Positions 1 to 8,339 of a stretch of DNA of 32,480 nucleotides are shown here, one piece after another; within the stretch, counting starts at the first letter, position 1, and each line of letters opens with the position of its first letter. Source of the stretch: an uncultured Syntrophobacterales bacterium (GTDB lineage: Bacteria; Desulfobacterota; Syntrophobacteria; BM002); assembly GCA_965603145.1 (NCBI GenBank), contig CBFDBW010000001.1, positions 1-32,480 of the forward strand, written 5' to 3'. The notes beneath the pieces were generated by a model, which made no database searches, was not told the DNA's origin, and saw only the letters and a list, made by a program, of their open reading frames with translations. Both the position numbers and the translations under genes were made by a program.

Positions 1-2166
1 CGGCGGGCCACAGATTCCATGGAACTTGCCCTCCGAACCGGGGAGGGCAGAGCACGAGTGGCTATCGTTGACGGCGAGGAGCAGGATTTCAGTGACCAAC
101 CTTTTTGCCATTCCTGCAACGTGAGAATGCCGGGGCTCTCTCCCCAACTTTTCAGTTTCAACAATGCTCTCGGTGCCTGCCCTGAGTGTTCAGGGCTTGG
201 AATCATGGAAATATTTGATCCCGAACTTGTGGTACCTGACCCCGGTCTCAGCCTTAAAGATGGCGCTATTGCTCCATGGTCCCAAAAGGGCTCGGTCTTG
301 TTTCTCGACCAACTGGAAGTGCTCGGCCAAGAATATCATTTTGACATTCACACCCCATTTAAGAACCTATCCCCTGAAGCACGTCAGAGACTGCTTTATG
401 GCTCTGGAGAAAAAAAATCTCCTGCCGCTGCCAAGACCAAAGGTCGCCGCCGTTTCCAAGAGCAACCTTTTGAAGGCGTCATTCCTTACTTGCAGCGTCG
501 CTGGCGTCAACAAGCCAGCGACGAGCGGGAGCAATTATTCACTTATCTTGCCAAGGGGGTTTGCCGCACCTGTCAGGGAGCAAGGCTGAGGCCGGAATCT
601 CTGGCCGTCACCATTGCCGATATGAACATCTACCAGGTGAGTAGCCTCGATATCGCCCAATTGAATGGGTGGATAGCTAACCTTGCTTTCCCACCCCAAC
701 AGAGACCTGTGGCGGACCAGTTACTGAGCCAGGTGAGCCAGCGGCTGGAGTTTTTGAGCCAGGTAGGGCTTTCCTACCTTAGTCTGGACCGGGCTTCCAC
801 TACCCTGTCAGGGGGAGAGGCCCAGCGTCTCCGTCTTGCCACCCAGATAGGCTCCAGACTTGTGGGAGTGCTCTATATCCTGGATGAGCCGAGCATCGGT
901 TTACATCAGCGTGACAACCAACGGCTACTGGACACTCTCAAAACACTTCGCGATCAGGGAAACACCGTACTGATTGTTGAGCACGACGCCGAAACCATTA
1001 TGACCGCGGATCATGTGGTTGATGTTGGCCCCGGTGCGGGTGATCAGGGTGGGCATCTCGTTTTCAGCGGCAAGCCGGCTTTACTTCTCCAGCATGCCGA
1101 CTCCCTAACAGGGCAATACCTCTCTGGCAGATTGAGCATCTCTGTGCCTGAAGGCAGGCGTAGTCCTGAACGCGGATTTCTTATCATTGAAGGGGCCGGC
1201 GCCAACAACCTGCAAAATATCACCGCCTCAATCCCAATTGGTCTGTTCACATGTGTAACCGGTGTGTCCGGCTCGGGTAAGAGCACGCTCATTTTGGACA
1301 CCCTCTATCGCGCCGTTGCAAAGCTGCTGCACCGTGCCCGGGAATTTCCTGGGACTCACCGTCGCCTTCGAGGACTTGAGGCACTAGACAAGGTTGTTCA
1401 TATTGACCAGTCCGCTATCGGTCGCACCCCCAGGTCTAACCCGGCCACCTACACCGGGATCTTTACCCAGGTCAGAAACCTGCTGGCCCAGGTGCCAGAG
1501 GCTCGGACCCGGGGATACCGGGCCGGCCGTTTCAGTTTTAATGTCAAGGGCGGCCGCTGCGAAGCATGTGCTGGTCAGGGTATTCTCAAAGTCGAAATGC
1601 TCTTTTTGCCGGACGTGTACGTTACCTGTGATGATTGCAACGGTCTCCGTTTCAACCGGGACACCCTGGAAATAATCTATAAGGGGAAAAACATCGCTCA
1701 AATGCTAGACATGACCATGAACGAGGCCCACCGCTTTTTCGGCAACATACCTCTCATTAAAGATAAGCTCTCCACCTTGGATGAAGTTGGGCTCGGCTAT
1801 CTTAGACTAGGACAACCAGCCACAACACTATCAGGTGGTGAAGCGCAGAGAATCAAACTGGCTCGGGAACTGAGCAAGCGCAGCAGTGGCAAGACCCTGT
1901 ATCTCCTGGATGAACCCACCACTGGTCTTCATTTCGACGACATCAAGAAGCTGCTCTATGTTCTCAATCGCTTGGTGGAGGCCGGCAATACGGTCGTGGT
2001 CATTGAACATCACTTGGATGTTATCAAGACCGCAGACTTTGTCATCGACCTTGGACCTGAAGGAGGGACAGAGGGAGGCAAGATTGTCGGTACCGGTACA
2101 CCTGAGGAGATCACCCAAATTCCTCAATCGCATACAGGACGGTATCTTAAGAAAATACTAAAATGA
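1..2166 (+). CDS. uvrA: Excinuclease ABC subunit A (UvrA), 5'-truncated by the window edge (C-terminal ~720 aa present)
   Basis: Frame 1 is open from base 1. Two ABC signature motifs LSGGEAQR, Walker A GVSGSGKST, Walker B LYILDEPS / LYLLDEPT, and CxxC zinc modules (CHSC..CPEC, CRTC, CEAC..CDDC). Stop TGA 2164-2166. Confidence 0.95.
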   Translation, partial: RRATDSMELALRTGEGRARVAIVDGEEQDFSDQPFCHSCNVRMPGLSPQLFSFNNALGACPECSGLGIMEIFDPELVVPDPGLSLKDGAIAPWSQKGSVLFLDQLEVLGQEYHFDIHTPFKNLSPEARQRLLYGSGEKKSPAAAKTKGRRRFQEQPFEGVIPYLQRRWRQQASDEREQLFTYLAKGVCRTCQGARLRPESLAVTIADMNIYQVSSLDIAQLNGWIANLAFPPQQRPVADQLLSQVSQRLEFLSQVGLSYLSLDRASTTLSGGEAQRLRLATQIGSRLVGVLYILDEPSIGLHQRDNQRLLDTLKTLRDQGNTVLIVEHDAETIMTADHVVDVGPGAGDQGGHLVFSGKPALLLQHADSLTGQYLSGRLSISVPEGRRSPERGFLIIEGAGANNLQNITASIPIGLFTCVTGVSGSGKSTLILDTLYRAVAKLLHRAREFPGTHRRLRGLEALDKVVHIDQSAIGRTPRSNPATYTGIFTQVRNLLAQVPEARTRGYRAGRFSFNVKGGRCEACAGQGILKVEMLFLPDVYVTCDDCNGLRFNRDTLEIIYKGKNIAQMLDMTMNEAHRFFGNIPLIKDKLSTLDEVGLGYLRLGQPATTLSGGEAQRIKLARELSKRSSGKTLYLLDEPTTGLHFDDIKKLLYVLNRLVEAGNTVVVIEHHLDVIKTADFVIDLGPEGGTEGGKIVGTGTPEEITQIPQSHTGRYLKKILK

Positions 2167-2206
2167 GCGTTTCTTGCCAGAGGATCTTTAATAGCTAGTT
2201 GGCTTC

Positions 2207-2626
2207 TCAACCGAAGCCTGCTTTAGCCTCATTAACATCTATGACCAAAGTCTGCAGGGTCTGCAGCAACTCAGGCGCTATCTCCTCCGATTTAAGATAG
2301 TTCAAGGCTGCTCTAGCGATGAATTTTCGGACCTCACTGGAAATCTTCACAAATCGAACACCCATGCCGCGCGGCGAAATGTCATCATCAGGGCCCCACC
2401 TATTCGACCACGTCACTTCCGCTTTAGCTGTTAAGACCTGGTCGGAGTTGGGAATATTTATGGTCAATGCAAAGACTTCATTGAGCCTTAACGGTTTTTG
2501 ACAATGGATGAAGAGTCCATTTGGGGTAACATTTGATGTTACCCCATCCATCGTACCGCTATCGGTCTTTATCACTGCTGGCCACTTTATTTGAGCTCGG
2601 GGGTAGACACGTCTCTCATCACTCAT
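2207..2626 (-). CDS. PilZ domain protein (putative c-di-GMP receptor), 139 aa
   Basis: PilZ signature pair RxxxR (ERRVYPR) followed by a (D/N)x(S/T)xxG-like NVTPNG. Strong SD GGGAGGGTGA upstream of the ATG at 2626. Convergent with uvrA. Confidence 0.75.
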   Translation of the reverse strand: MSDERRVYPRAQIKWPAVIKTDSGTMDGVTSNVTPNGLFIHCQKPLRLNEVFALTINIPNSDQVLTAKAEVTWSNRWGPDDDISPRGMGVRFVKISSEVRKFIARAALNYLKSEEIAPELLQTLQTLVIDVNEAKAGFG

Positions 2627-2752
2627 AAATCACCCTCCCTGTTTACAGTAGTTCTTTTCCAGAGTTCCCGCCACGCTTTTCAATTGGCCTATTGCTATGG
2701 TCAAACAGAGCAGTTCCAACCGTAACGCACAAAAAGATATAACAGCATCTTG

Positions 2753-2794
2753 AGAAAAACCCCCATCGAACCGGGCGCGGATGGCAGATGGGGG
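2753..2794 (-). terminator. Candidate intrinsic terminator (minus strand)
   Basis: On the minus strand, CCCCCATC - 19 nt loop - GATGGGGG is followed by TTTTTCTC. It lies ~400 nt downstream of the rex stop and ~130 nt upstream of the PilZ start. Confidence 0.5.
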
Positions 2795-3198
2795 CGCAAA
2801 ATCTGTGGTGTAGAGCAAGACAAGGAGGTGCAAGCGCTACCTCTCCTTGCATAGGCAGGAAAGATGCCAAATGGAAAGGAAAGCGGGCAAAACCTTTAAC
2901 TACAACAACTTAGCTGAGATGGCCTACATTACTTGATCTTTGCTAAATCGCCAGATTTGGCTAAAAACCCAAAGGAGTGTTGGTGAAACCACCAATACAA
3001 CATGAGGTGAAGCGATTGAGCCAAACGACCTAATGACTACAAATGACAGCAAAGCGTAGTGACGGCGAAGCCAAACTGGGAACCCGCTTGCGGGACTGAG
3101 CGGAGCGCAGCGAGCGCGAAAAAATGACCCATTAGCTACAGATTGGGCCACAGCGGTCGCACCTCCAGACATGTCCGACCTGAGCGAGAGTAGGACAA

Positions 3199-3834
3199 TC
3201 AGGTGGTTGTTGAAGAAATATGGTAGGCGAGATTGTCTAGTTTGATCGAGAAGTCTACGTTCTCCACTCGACAGCAGTCAGGGACCTGAATCTGAACCGG
3301 AGAGAAGTTCAGAATCCCGTTGATTCCCGCAAGGATAAGCTGGTTTGCGACACTCTGGGCGTTCGCGGGCGGCACAGCGATGATGCCCATTTCCACATTT
3401 CTCTCTTTGACCACTTCCTCAAACCGGTCCACGTGCTGGATGACGAGGCCGTTGGGTAGCGTCTTGTCGATTTTTTCGGAATTTACATCAAAAGCAGCCA
3501 CAAACCGGTATCCGTGCTTGAGAAAGTTGGCGTGGCGGATAAGAGCTGAACCCAAGTTACCTACTCCGAAAAGCGCCATATTCCACGGGCGATTGAGGCC
3601 AAGTATCTCTTGAATGTGAGAGTAGAGGTCCTTGACTCGGTAGCCAACTCCTCTGACACCGAATTCACCAAAGTAAGCGAGATCTTTACGTATCTGTGCC
3701 GGATTTACCCCACACTGTTTGGCCAACCGTTCCGAGGAAATCACCTCAACATCATTCGTGATCAACTCGTCGAGATTCCTCAGGTAGATAGATAGCCGGT
3801 TGATGGTGGCCATGGGAATCTTGGCAAACTTCAT
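3199..3834 (-). CDS. rex: Redox-sensing transcriptional repressor Rex, 211 aa
   Basis: N-terminal winged-helix segment (TINRLSIYLRNL...SSERLA...VNPAQIRKDLAYFGEFG.RGVGY) plus a Rossmann GxGxxG (FGVGNLGSAL), both typical of Rex. Confidence 0.9.
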   Translation of the reverse strand: MKFAKIPMATINRLSIYLRNLDELITNDVEVISSERLAKQCGVNPAQIRKDLAYFGEFGVRGVGYRVKDLYSHIQEILGLNRPWNMALFGVGNLGSALIRHANFLKHGYRFVAAFDVNSEKIDKTLPNGLVIQHVDRFEEVVKERNVEMGIIAVPPANAQSVANQLILAGINGILNFSPVQIQVPDCCRVENVDFSIKLDNLAYHISSTTT

Positions 3835-3891
3835 AGTCTCACGATCCTGTTGTAATATCGGCAGCCGCGCCGAACTTAATTTAAGGCGACC

Positions 3892-3923
3892 GGGGGATTG
3901 CCCAACTCTGCGGCCAATCCCCC
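3892..3923 (-). other. GC-rich stem-loop between atpE and rex
   Basis: GGGGGATTG - 14 nt - CAATCCCCC forms a perfect 9-bp stem with no U-tract after it. It could be an mRNA processing/stability element or a partial terminator. Confidence 0.4.
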
Positions 3924-3947
3924 GATGGTCTGTACGAAACTTGGTTG

Positions 3948-4322
3948 CTAGTGGGCGACGAGCCCCACAAAACCCTGAATGAGTTTGGACACCGGGTTAG
4001 CATAAATGAGGATCAGGCAGATAACCAAAGTATAAATACAGAGAGACTCGATCATCGCCAGACCGATCATCATGGTCACGGTAATCTTTCCTGAAGCCTC
4101 AGGATTGCGGGCCACGCCTTCCACCGCACTCCTAATAGCAATTCCCTGAGCCAGACCACAGCCAATGGATGAAATGGCAATGGCGAAGCCGGCTGCTACG
4201 GCGGAATACAGGAAGAAATTCAGACCTACGACTTTCTCCATCCCACCTGCGTCGGCCGCAAAAGCCAACGCAGCGAACCCCAGGATGAACACCACTGTCA
4301 GAATCAGCGTTTTCCTCTTCAT
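3948..4322 (-). CDS. atpE: F0F1 ATP synthase subunit c with an N-terminal signal-peptide-like extension, 124 aa
   Basis: Hairpin core [23 protein letters not shown]...[26 protein letters not shown] carries the conserved carboxylate Glu. Strong SD AAGGAGG lies 9 nt upstream of the first ATG (4322). Confidence 0.9.
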   Translation of the reverse strand: MKRKTLILTVVFILGFAALAFAADAGGMEKVVGLNFFLYSAVAAGFAIAISSIGCGLAQGIAIRSAVEGVARNPEASGKITVTMMIGLAMIESLCIYTLVICLILIYANPVSKLIQGFVGLVAH

Positions 4323-4437
4323 GCAAAAAAACCTCCTTGTTTGTGTTTATTTTATGGCCTTCTTCCTAACGAGGACCTTCTTCCCAAGCTTCTGGTGTTG
4401 CCAGGTTCCAGACGTCGACCAATTGGCTCAACGGGAT

Positions 4438-5160
4438 TTAGTGAGCATGCTCAATCGCACCGGCGAAGTACATCATGGAGAGCAAGCAAAAGATAAAGGC
4501 TTGCACGCCGCCGGTAAATAGACCCAGGAACATCATCGGCAGAGGCGCCAGGTACATGCCCGCGAGGAACATAAGGATGGCAAGTACCAGTTCTTCGCCG
4601 AAGATGTTTCCGAAAAGACGAATGGAAAGGCTGAGAACGCGGGCAAAGTGACCGATCACCTCCACAACGAAGATAAGGGGAGCAAGCCACCATATTGGTC
4701 CCATGAAATGTTTTATGTATGCGGGCCCATGAAACTTCACTCCGATCACGTGAGTGTAAAACACCACGATGATGGCACAGGCCAAAGTGGTATTGACATT
4801 GGCGGTGGGGCCAAAAAATCCCGGGATCATACCCATGTAATTGCTGAGCAGAATGAAGAACGCCAGGGTGCCGATTAGTGGGAACAGGTAACGACCTTCT
4901 TCACCGGTAACCCCCACCATAAACTCCTCAATCCCGGAAATCAAAATCTCGAAAAAGTTCTGGCCTCCCTTGGGAACGAGTTCGATGCGGCGGACCGTCA
5001 GCTTGACCACAATCACCAGAGCTATGATGATCAACCAAGTATAGGTCACATAGGGTAGGAGTAGCTTCTCCAGGAAAGTGTGCGCCTCGCCAAAATCGTG
5101 GACAATAGGAAGACCGAGGTTTTGGAAAAGAAGATTCAGAAACATGATCGGGTGTTCCAT
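4438..5160 (-). CDS. atpB: F0F1 ATP synthase subunit a, 240 aa
   Basis: Polytopic membrane protein with the conserved stator Arg region (LSLSIRLFGNIFGEE). Sits between atpI and atpE. Confidence 0.9.
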   Translation of the reverse strand: MEHPIMFLNLLFQNLGLPIVHDFGEAHTFLEKLLLPYVTYTWLIIIALVIVVKLTVRRIELVPKGGQNFFEILISGIEEFMVGVTGEEGRYLFPLIGTLAFFILLSNYMGMIPGFFGPTANVNTTLACAIIVVFYTHVIGVKFHGPAYIKHFMGPIWWLAPLIFVVEVIGHFARVLSLSIRLFGNIFGEELVLAILMFLAGMYLAPLPMMFLGLFTGGVQAFIFCLLSMMYFAGAIEHAH

Positions 5161-5163
5161 GGC

Positions 5164-5583
5164 CTAGACTACCCCCTTGAAAAAGAGTTTTCGCGCCTCG
5201 ACAACACCAACGAGCGCAATACCAAGTACGATTATCGATAAGCCTAACAGCATGCCAAGAGGGCTTACCCACCCCTTGATCAGCAATAAGGCGATAACAA
5301 GACCCAGAGCCGCAAAGCGTAGGCCGTACTTCAGCAAGTAGAAAAACCGGGTTTTACCTTGCCTTTCTGGATCGAAGGCCCTGCGCAGGCTCCGTTTCAC
5401 CAGATAGTAATTGGCGACAGCCAGTATTCCTCCAGCCAGAACACCGAGAGCGAACTTGCGGGAAAAGAAGACAAAGCTGCCAGATGCCAGAAGCGCCAGA
5501 AGGACCCAATTGAATTGTTCAAGTCTCTTGAGAAGGGCCTCGTCTTTTATCAGCATAGTGACCGGGCCAGAAATGACCCTCAC
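5164..5583 (-). CDS. atpI: ATP synthase protein I (AtpI-like small membrane protein), 139 aa
   Basis: Hydrophobic 4-TM-like protein immediately upstream of atpB. GTG start overlaps the atpZ stop (GTGA). Confidence 0.7.
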   Translation of the reverse strand: MRVISGPVTMLIKDEALLKRLEQFNWVLLALLASGSFVFFSRKFALGVLAGGILAVANYYLVKRSLRRAFDPERQGKTRFFYLLKYGLRFAALGLVIALLLIKGWVSPLGMLLGLSIIVLGIALVGVVEARKLFFKGVV

Positions 5584-5807
5584 TCCTTGGCCCGCTTTGA
5601 CATAAAGCGGTAGAAATTACGAAATCCTGCAATAATACCGAGTATGAGAAAAATAACGGTAAGCCACGGGCTGGTATCGAACACCCTGTCTAACCAGAGT
5701 CCCAGAGCCAGGCCGATGAAGGTGGCAATGACAATGGTGAGTCCCAGAGTGCTGGCGAGCCCGACCAGCTTGAGAGCCTTTCTGGTGTCTTCTTTCATGA
5801 AGGCCAC
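5580..5807 (-). CDS. AtpZ/AtpR-like putative F0F1-ATPase accessory membrane protein, 75 aa
   Basis: Two-TM small protein (GLASTLGLTIVIATFIGLALGLWLD...PWLTVIFLILGIIAGF) as the first gene of the atp F0 operon. Its position and size match the AtpZ (ATPase_gene1) family. Confidence 0.65.
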   Translation of the reverse strand: MAFMKEDTRKALKLVGLASTLGLTIVIATFIGLALGLWLDRVFDTSPWLTVIFLILGIIAGFRNFYRFMSKRAKE

Positions 5808-5955
5808 CTCTCTCCTTCTGGCCCGGCCCCCTGCCCACGAATAAAGACTGCCACATGGCAGTACTTAAGTTCGTGTAAAACTTCACGTACCTCCTACCAT
5901 AGCCCCCTGGTAAAGTCAACGCTTTTTTGTGAAAAGAATTTCGTTCGCAAACAGG

Positions 5956-5978
5956 GCGCAGAACGACGCGTTCTGCGC
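5956..5978 (-). terminator. Perfect 10-bp hairpin downstream of hemL (weak terminator candidate)
   Basis: GCGCAGAACG-acg-CGTTCTGCGC. On the minus strand it is followed by CCTGTTTGCG, which is a poor U-tract. Confidence 0.3.
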
Positions 5979-6063
5979 TGCGAGACGGGAGGTCATTCGG
6001 GTCATGACGCTGCGCTGTCAGACGGGCATGGTGCATGGAGTAAAATCAAAAACAGCTGTCTCA

Positions 6064-6091
6064 CCCTATGCTCTATGCCCTATGCCCTATA
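6064..6091. repeat. Tandem heptamers (CCCTATG x4, imperfect) overlapping the hemL stop codon
   Basis: The sequence reads ccctatg ctctatg ccctatg ccctata. The hemL TAG is at 6087-6089 on the minus strand. Confidence 0.8.
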
Positions 6092-7370
6092 GTTCCTTCA
6101 ACACTTCATCCGCTGCCGCCAAGGTCTTATCGACATCCTCCTGATCATGGGCCAGACTGACAAAGGCAGCCTCAAATTGGGAAGGAGCCAGATACACACC
6201 CCGCTCTAACATCGCGCAAAACATGTGGGCGAATCTTTGGGTGTCCGTGGTTTGGGCAGTGTCAAAATCCACTACGGTCTGGTCAGTAAAAAAGAGACAG
6301 CCCATGGAACCGACCCTATGCATAGTGGAGGTCACATTGTGCTTTACTGCCAGCCGACTCATCTCATCAAATAGGTAGCTGGACCGCTCCTCGAGCTGAT
6401 CATACACCCCTGGCTCGCTCAGCAGCTTCAGAGTTGTCAGTCCAGCGCTCATAGCCAGTGGGTTGCCTGAGAGGGTACCGGCTTGATAAACCTCCCCCAG
6501 AGGAGCCACTTTGCTCATAACGTCCCTACGTCCTCCATAGGCACCCACAGGTAAGCCACCGCCAATAACTTTTCCGAGACAGGTGAGGTCCGGTCGCACC
6601 GAGTATAGAGCCTGCGCTCCCCCCAGCGCCACTCGGAAACCGGTCATTACCTCGTCGAAAATGAGCAAGGCCCCGGTTTCATCGCACCAATGTCTGAGTC
6701 CTTCGAGAAATCCCGGCTTGGGAGGTACGACCCCCATATTTCCTGCAACCGGCTCGATTATGATGGCGGCCACATCATCTCCCTGCTCCTGCATCACTGT
6801 TGCCACCTGCTCAAGATCGTTGAATCTCAGGGACAGCGTGTACCGGACAAAATCTGGCGGAACTCCAGCACTGCCAGGAATACCGAGGGTCGCGGCACCT
6901 GAGCCCGCTTTAATCAAGAGCGTGTCCGCATGACCATGGTAGCAGCCGTCAAACTTGATGATCTTGTTTCTCCCCGTGTAGCCACGGGCTAACCGGATTG
7001 CGCTCATAGTGGCCTCGGTACCTGAATTAACCATGCGCACCATTTCCATAGAGGGAACAAGCTGGGTAATCATCTGGGCCAGCTCAACTTCCCGGGCAGT
7101 GGGGATGCCAAAGCTGGTCCCCTGCTCCGCTGCTGCCTTCACAGCCGCCACCACCTCTGGATGAGCATGCCCCAGGATAAGAGGGCCCCAAGAGCCCACG
7201 TAATCGATGTAGCCATTGCCGTCCACATCGTAAATCTTCGAACCCTGCCCGCTCGTGATAAACAAGGGGTGTGTACCCACCGCCCGGCAGGAGCGTACCG
7301 GGCTATTTACCCCGCCAGGAATTATTTCTTCAGCCTCGCGATACAATTTCTCACTGCTGCTTCCAGCCAT
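6087..7370 (-). CDS. hemL: Glutamate-1-semialdehyde 2,1-aminomutase
   Basis: Family N-terminus [24 protein letters not shown]-enzyme core, and lysine region [16 protein letters not shown] chose the ATG at 7370 because AGGAGG lies 6 nt upstream. The ORF-track extension to 7409 ([13 protein letters not shown]) runs into the repeat at 7384-7464. Confidence 0.93.
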   Translation of the reverse strand: MAGSSSEKLYREAEEIIPGGVNSPVRSCRAVGTHPLFITSGQGSKIYDVDGNGYIDYVGSWGPLILGHAHPEVVAAVKAAAEQGTSFGIPTAREVELAQMITQLVPSMEMVRMVNSGTEATMSAIRLARGYTGRNKIIKFDGCYHGHADTLLIKAGSGAATLGIPGSAGVPPDFVRYTLSLRFNDLEQVATVMQEQGDDVAAIIIEPVAGNMGVVPPKPGFLEGLRHWCDETGALLIFDEVMTGFRVALGGAQALYSVRPDLTCLGKVIGGGLPVGAYGGRRDVMSKVAPLGEVYQAGTLSGNPLAMSAGLTTLKLLSEPGVYDQLEERSSYLFDEMSRLAVKHNVTSTMHRVGSMGCLFFTDQTVVDFDTAQTTDTQRFAHMFCAMLERGVYLAPSQFEAAFVSLAHDQEDVDKTLAAADEVLKEL

Positions 7371-7383
7371 CCTAATCCTCCTA

Positions 7384-7464
7384 GTCATTTCGCATTTATC
7401 ATCTGGCATTGGTCATTGGGCTTTAAATGCTAAATGTCCAATGTGAAATGCGAAATGAGAAATG
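7384..7464. repeat. Family-1 heptamer-phased quasi-palindrome, short copy lacking the central spacer
   Basis: (NNNCATT)x5 is followed by (AAATGNN)x6. It shares ATTT(A/C)TCATCTGGCATTG and GAAATGCGAAATGAG with the copies at 21700 and 27718. Confidence 0.85.
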
Positions 7465-7992
7465 CTATGGGTTCTCAGTTTCCGAGTCGCCAAAATAGGC
7501 CATAGTGGTTTTCTTCAGTTCCTCCTGGGTAAAAAGCAGATCGAACTTTTCGATACCCGCAGCATCAGACATCCTTTGAGCGATCTGGCGGCATACCTCA
7601 GGGGAGGATCCGTGAATCATGGTAAACAACCGGTAAGGCCAATCAGGCATTGCAGGTCGCTGGTAACAGTGGGAGACTTCACGGAACGAAGCAAAGATGT
7701 TGCCCACCTCCTCGGCCCTCTCAGGCTCTACCTCCCACACCACCATGGCATTGGCGTCAAATCCAGAACGTTGGTGCCTCAGGGTAGCGCCAAAACGCCG
7801 GATAATATCGTCGGCCATAAATTCGCGCACTGTATCCAAGAGCTCAGCTTCGCTGATTCCAACTCTTTCTGCCACGGCAGCAAAGGGTCGTCTGACTACA
7901 GGCAGATCCTGCTGCAACTCATGGATGATTTTTTTCTCCAGTGGTGTAAACTGCCGCTTACTGCTCATCTGTGCCAAATCCTCCTTCTGCAT
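7465..7992 (-). CDS. Siroheme decarboxylase subunit (AhbA/AhbB; NirD/NirH/NirL/NirG family, Lrp/AsnC-like), 175 aa
   Basis: N-terminal HTH (LEKKIIHELQQDLPVVRRPFAAVAERVGISEAELLDTVREF) plus the C-terminal effector-like domain with YRLFTMIHG. Adjacent to hemL. An alternative start ATG at 7968 is preceded by AAGGAGG. Confidence 0.8.
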   Translation of the reverse strand: MQKEDLAQMSSKRQFTPLEKKIIHELQQDLPVVRRPFAAVAERVGISEAELLDTVREFMADDIIRRFGATLRHQRSGFDANAMVVWEVEPERAEEVGNIFASFREVSHCYQRPAMPDWPYRLFTMIHGSSPEVCRQIAQRMSDAAGIEKFDLLFTQEELKKTTMAYFGDSETENP

Positions 7993-8093
7993 CGGGTTCT
8001 GGTCACCACAAGTCGCACCAAGTACCCAAAGGCACTACTATAATATGACAGTTCGATAACTTAGCCTCACTATGCTTGAAGGATCTGTTTTAT

Positions 8094-8161
8094 CTGGATC
8101 CCCACGCGGGGATGACGGACAACCGCCTACTTTCATCATTCCCGCGAAAGCGGGAATCCAG
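8094..8161. repeat. Inverted pair of GC-hairpin repeat units
   Basis: CTGGATCCCCACGCGGGGATGA faces TCATTCCCGCGAAAGCGGGAATCCAG. Each unit has its own short hairpin. I recognise this kind of short GC-hairpin intergenic repeat from other bacterial genomes. Confidence 0.7.
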
Positions 8162-8339
8162 AAAATAGCATGCCAGTGCCCTGAAGTCACTGGGGTTAGC
8201 TATCACTTTAGTACGCAAATAGAAAATTGATTTTGTTAAGGTAAGAAATACTAAACGATTTTATATTATCTCTAATGCCCTTTGTATTCTTCGTGGTCTT
8301 CGTGGTCAATTACGGCGCTTGGCGTTAGTTGGCGCTATA

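Noticed and set aside
2627-3198. tmRNA, RNase P RNA, SRP RNA or a tRNA (a GGTTCGA T-loop-like string lies near 2771-2777 on the minus strand)
   Set aside because: There is no acceptor/T-arm pairing or CCA context, no tag-peptide reading frame, no GAGGAAAGUCC-type RNase P core, and no SRP GGAA/AGCA motif. The GGTTCGA string sits in the loop of the terminator hairpin.
5927-5950. Rex operator upstream of the atp operon (TTGTGAA-N10-TTCGCAA)
   Set aside because: The canonical Rex site has a 4-nt spacer between its half-sites. The 10-nt spacing here does not fit, and I found no convincing -10 box nearby.
7462-8043. 193-aa plus-strand ORF (and the 120-aa ORF at 7697-8059)
   Set aside because: Both are antisense to the siroheme decarboxylase gene. 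The minus-strand product has the family HTH and the YRLFTMIHG block, and the plus-strand products have no recognisable features.
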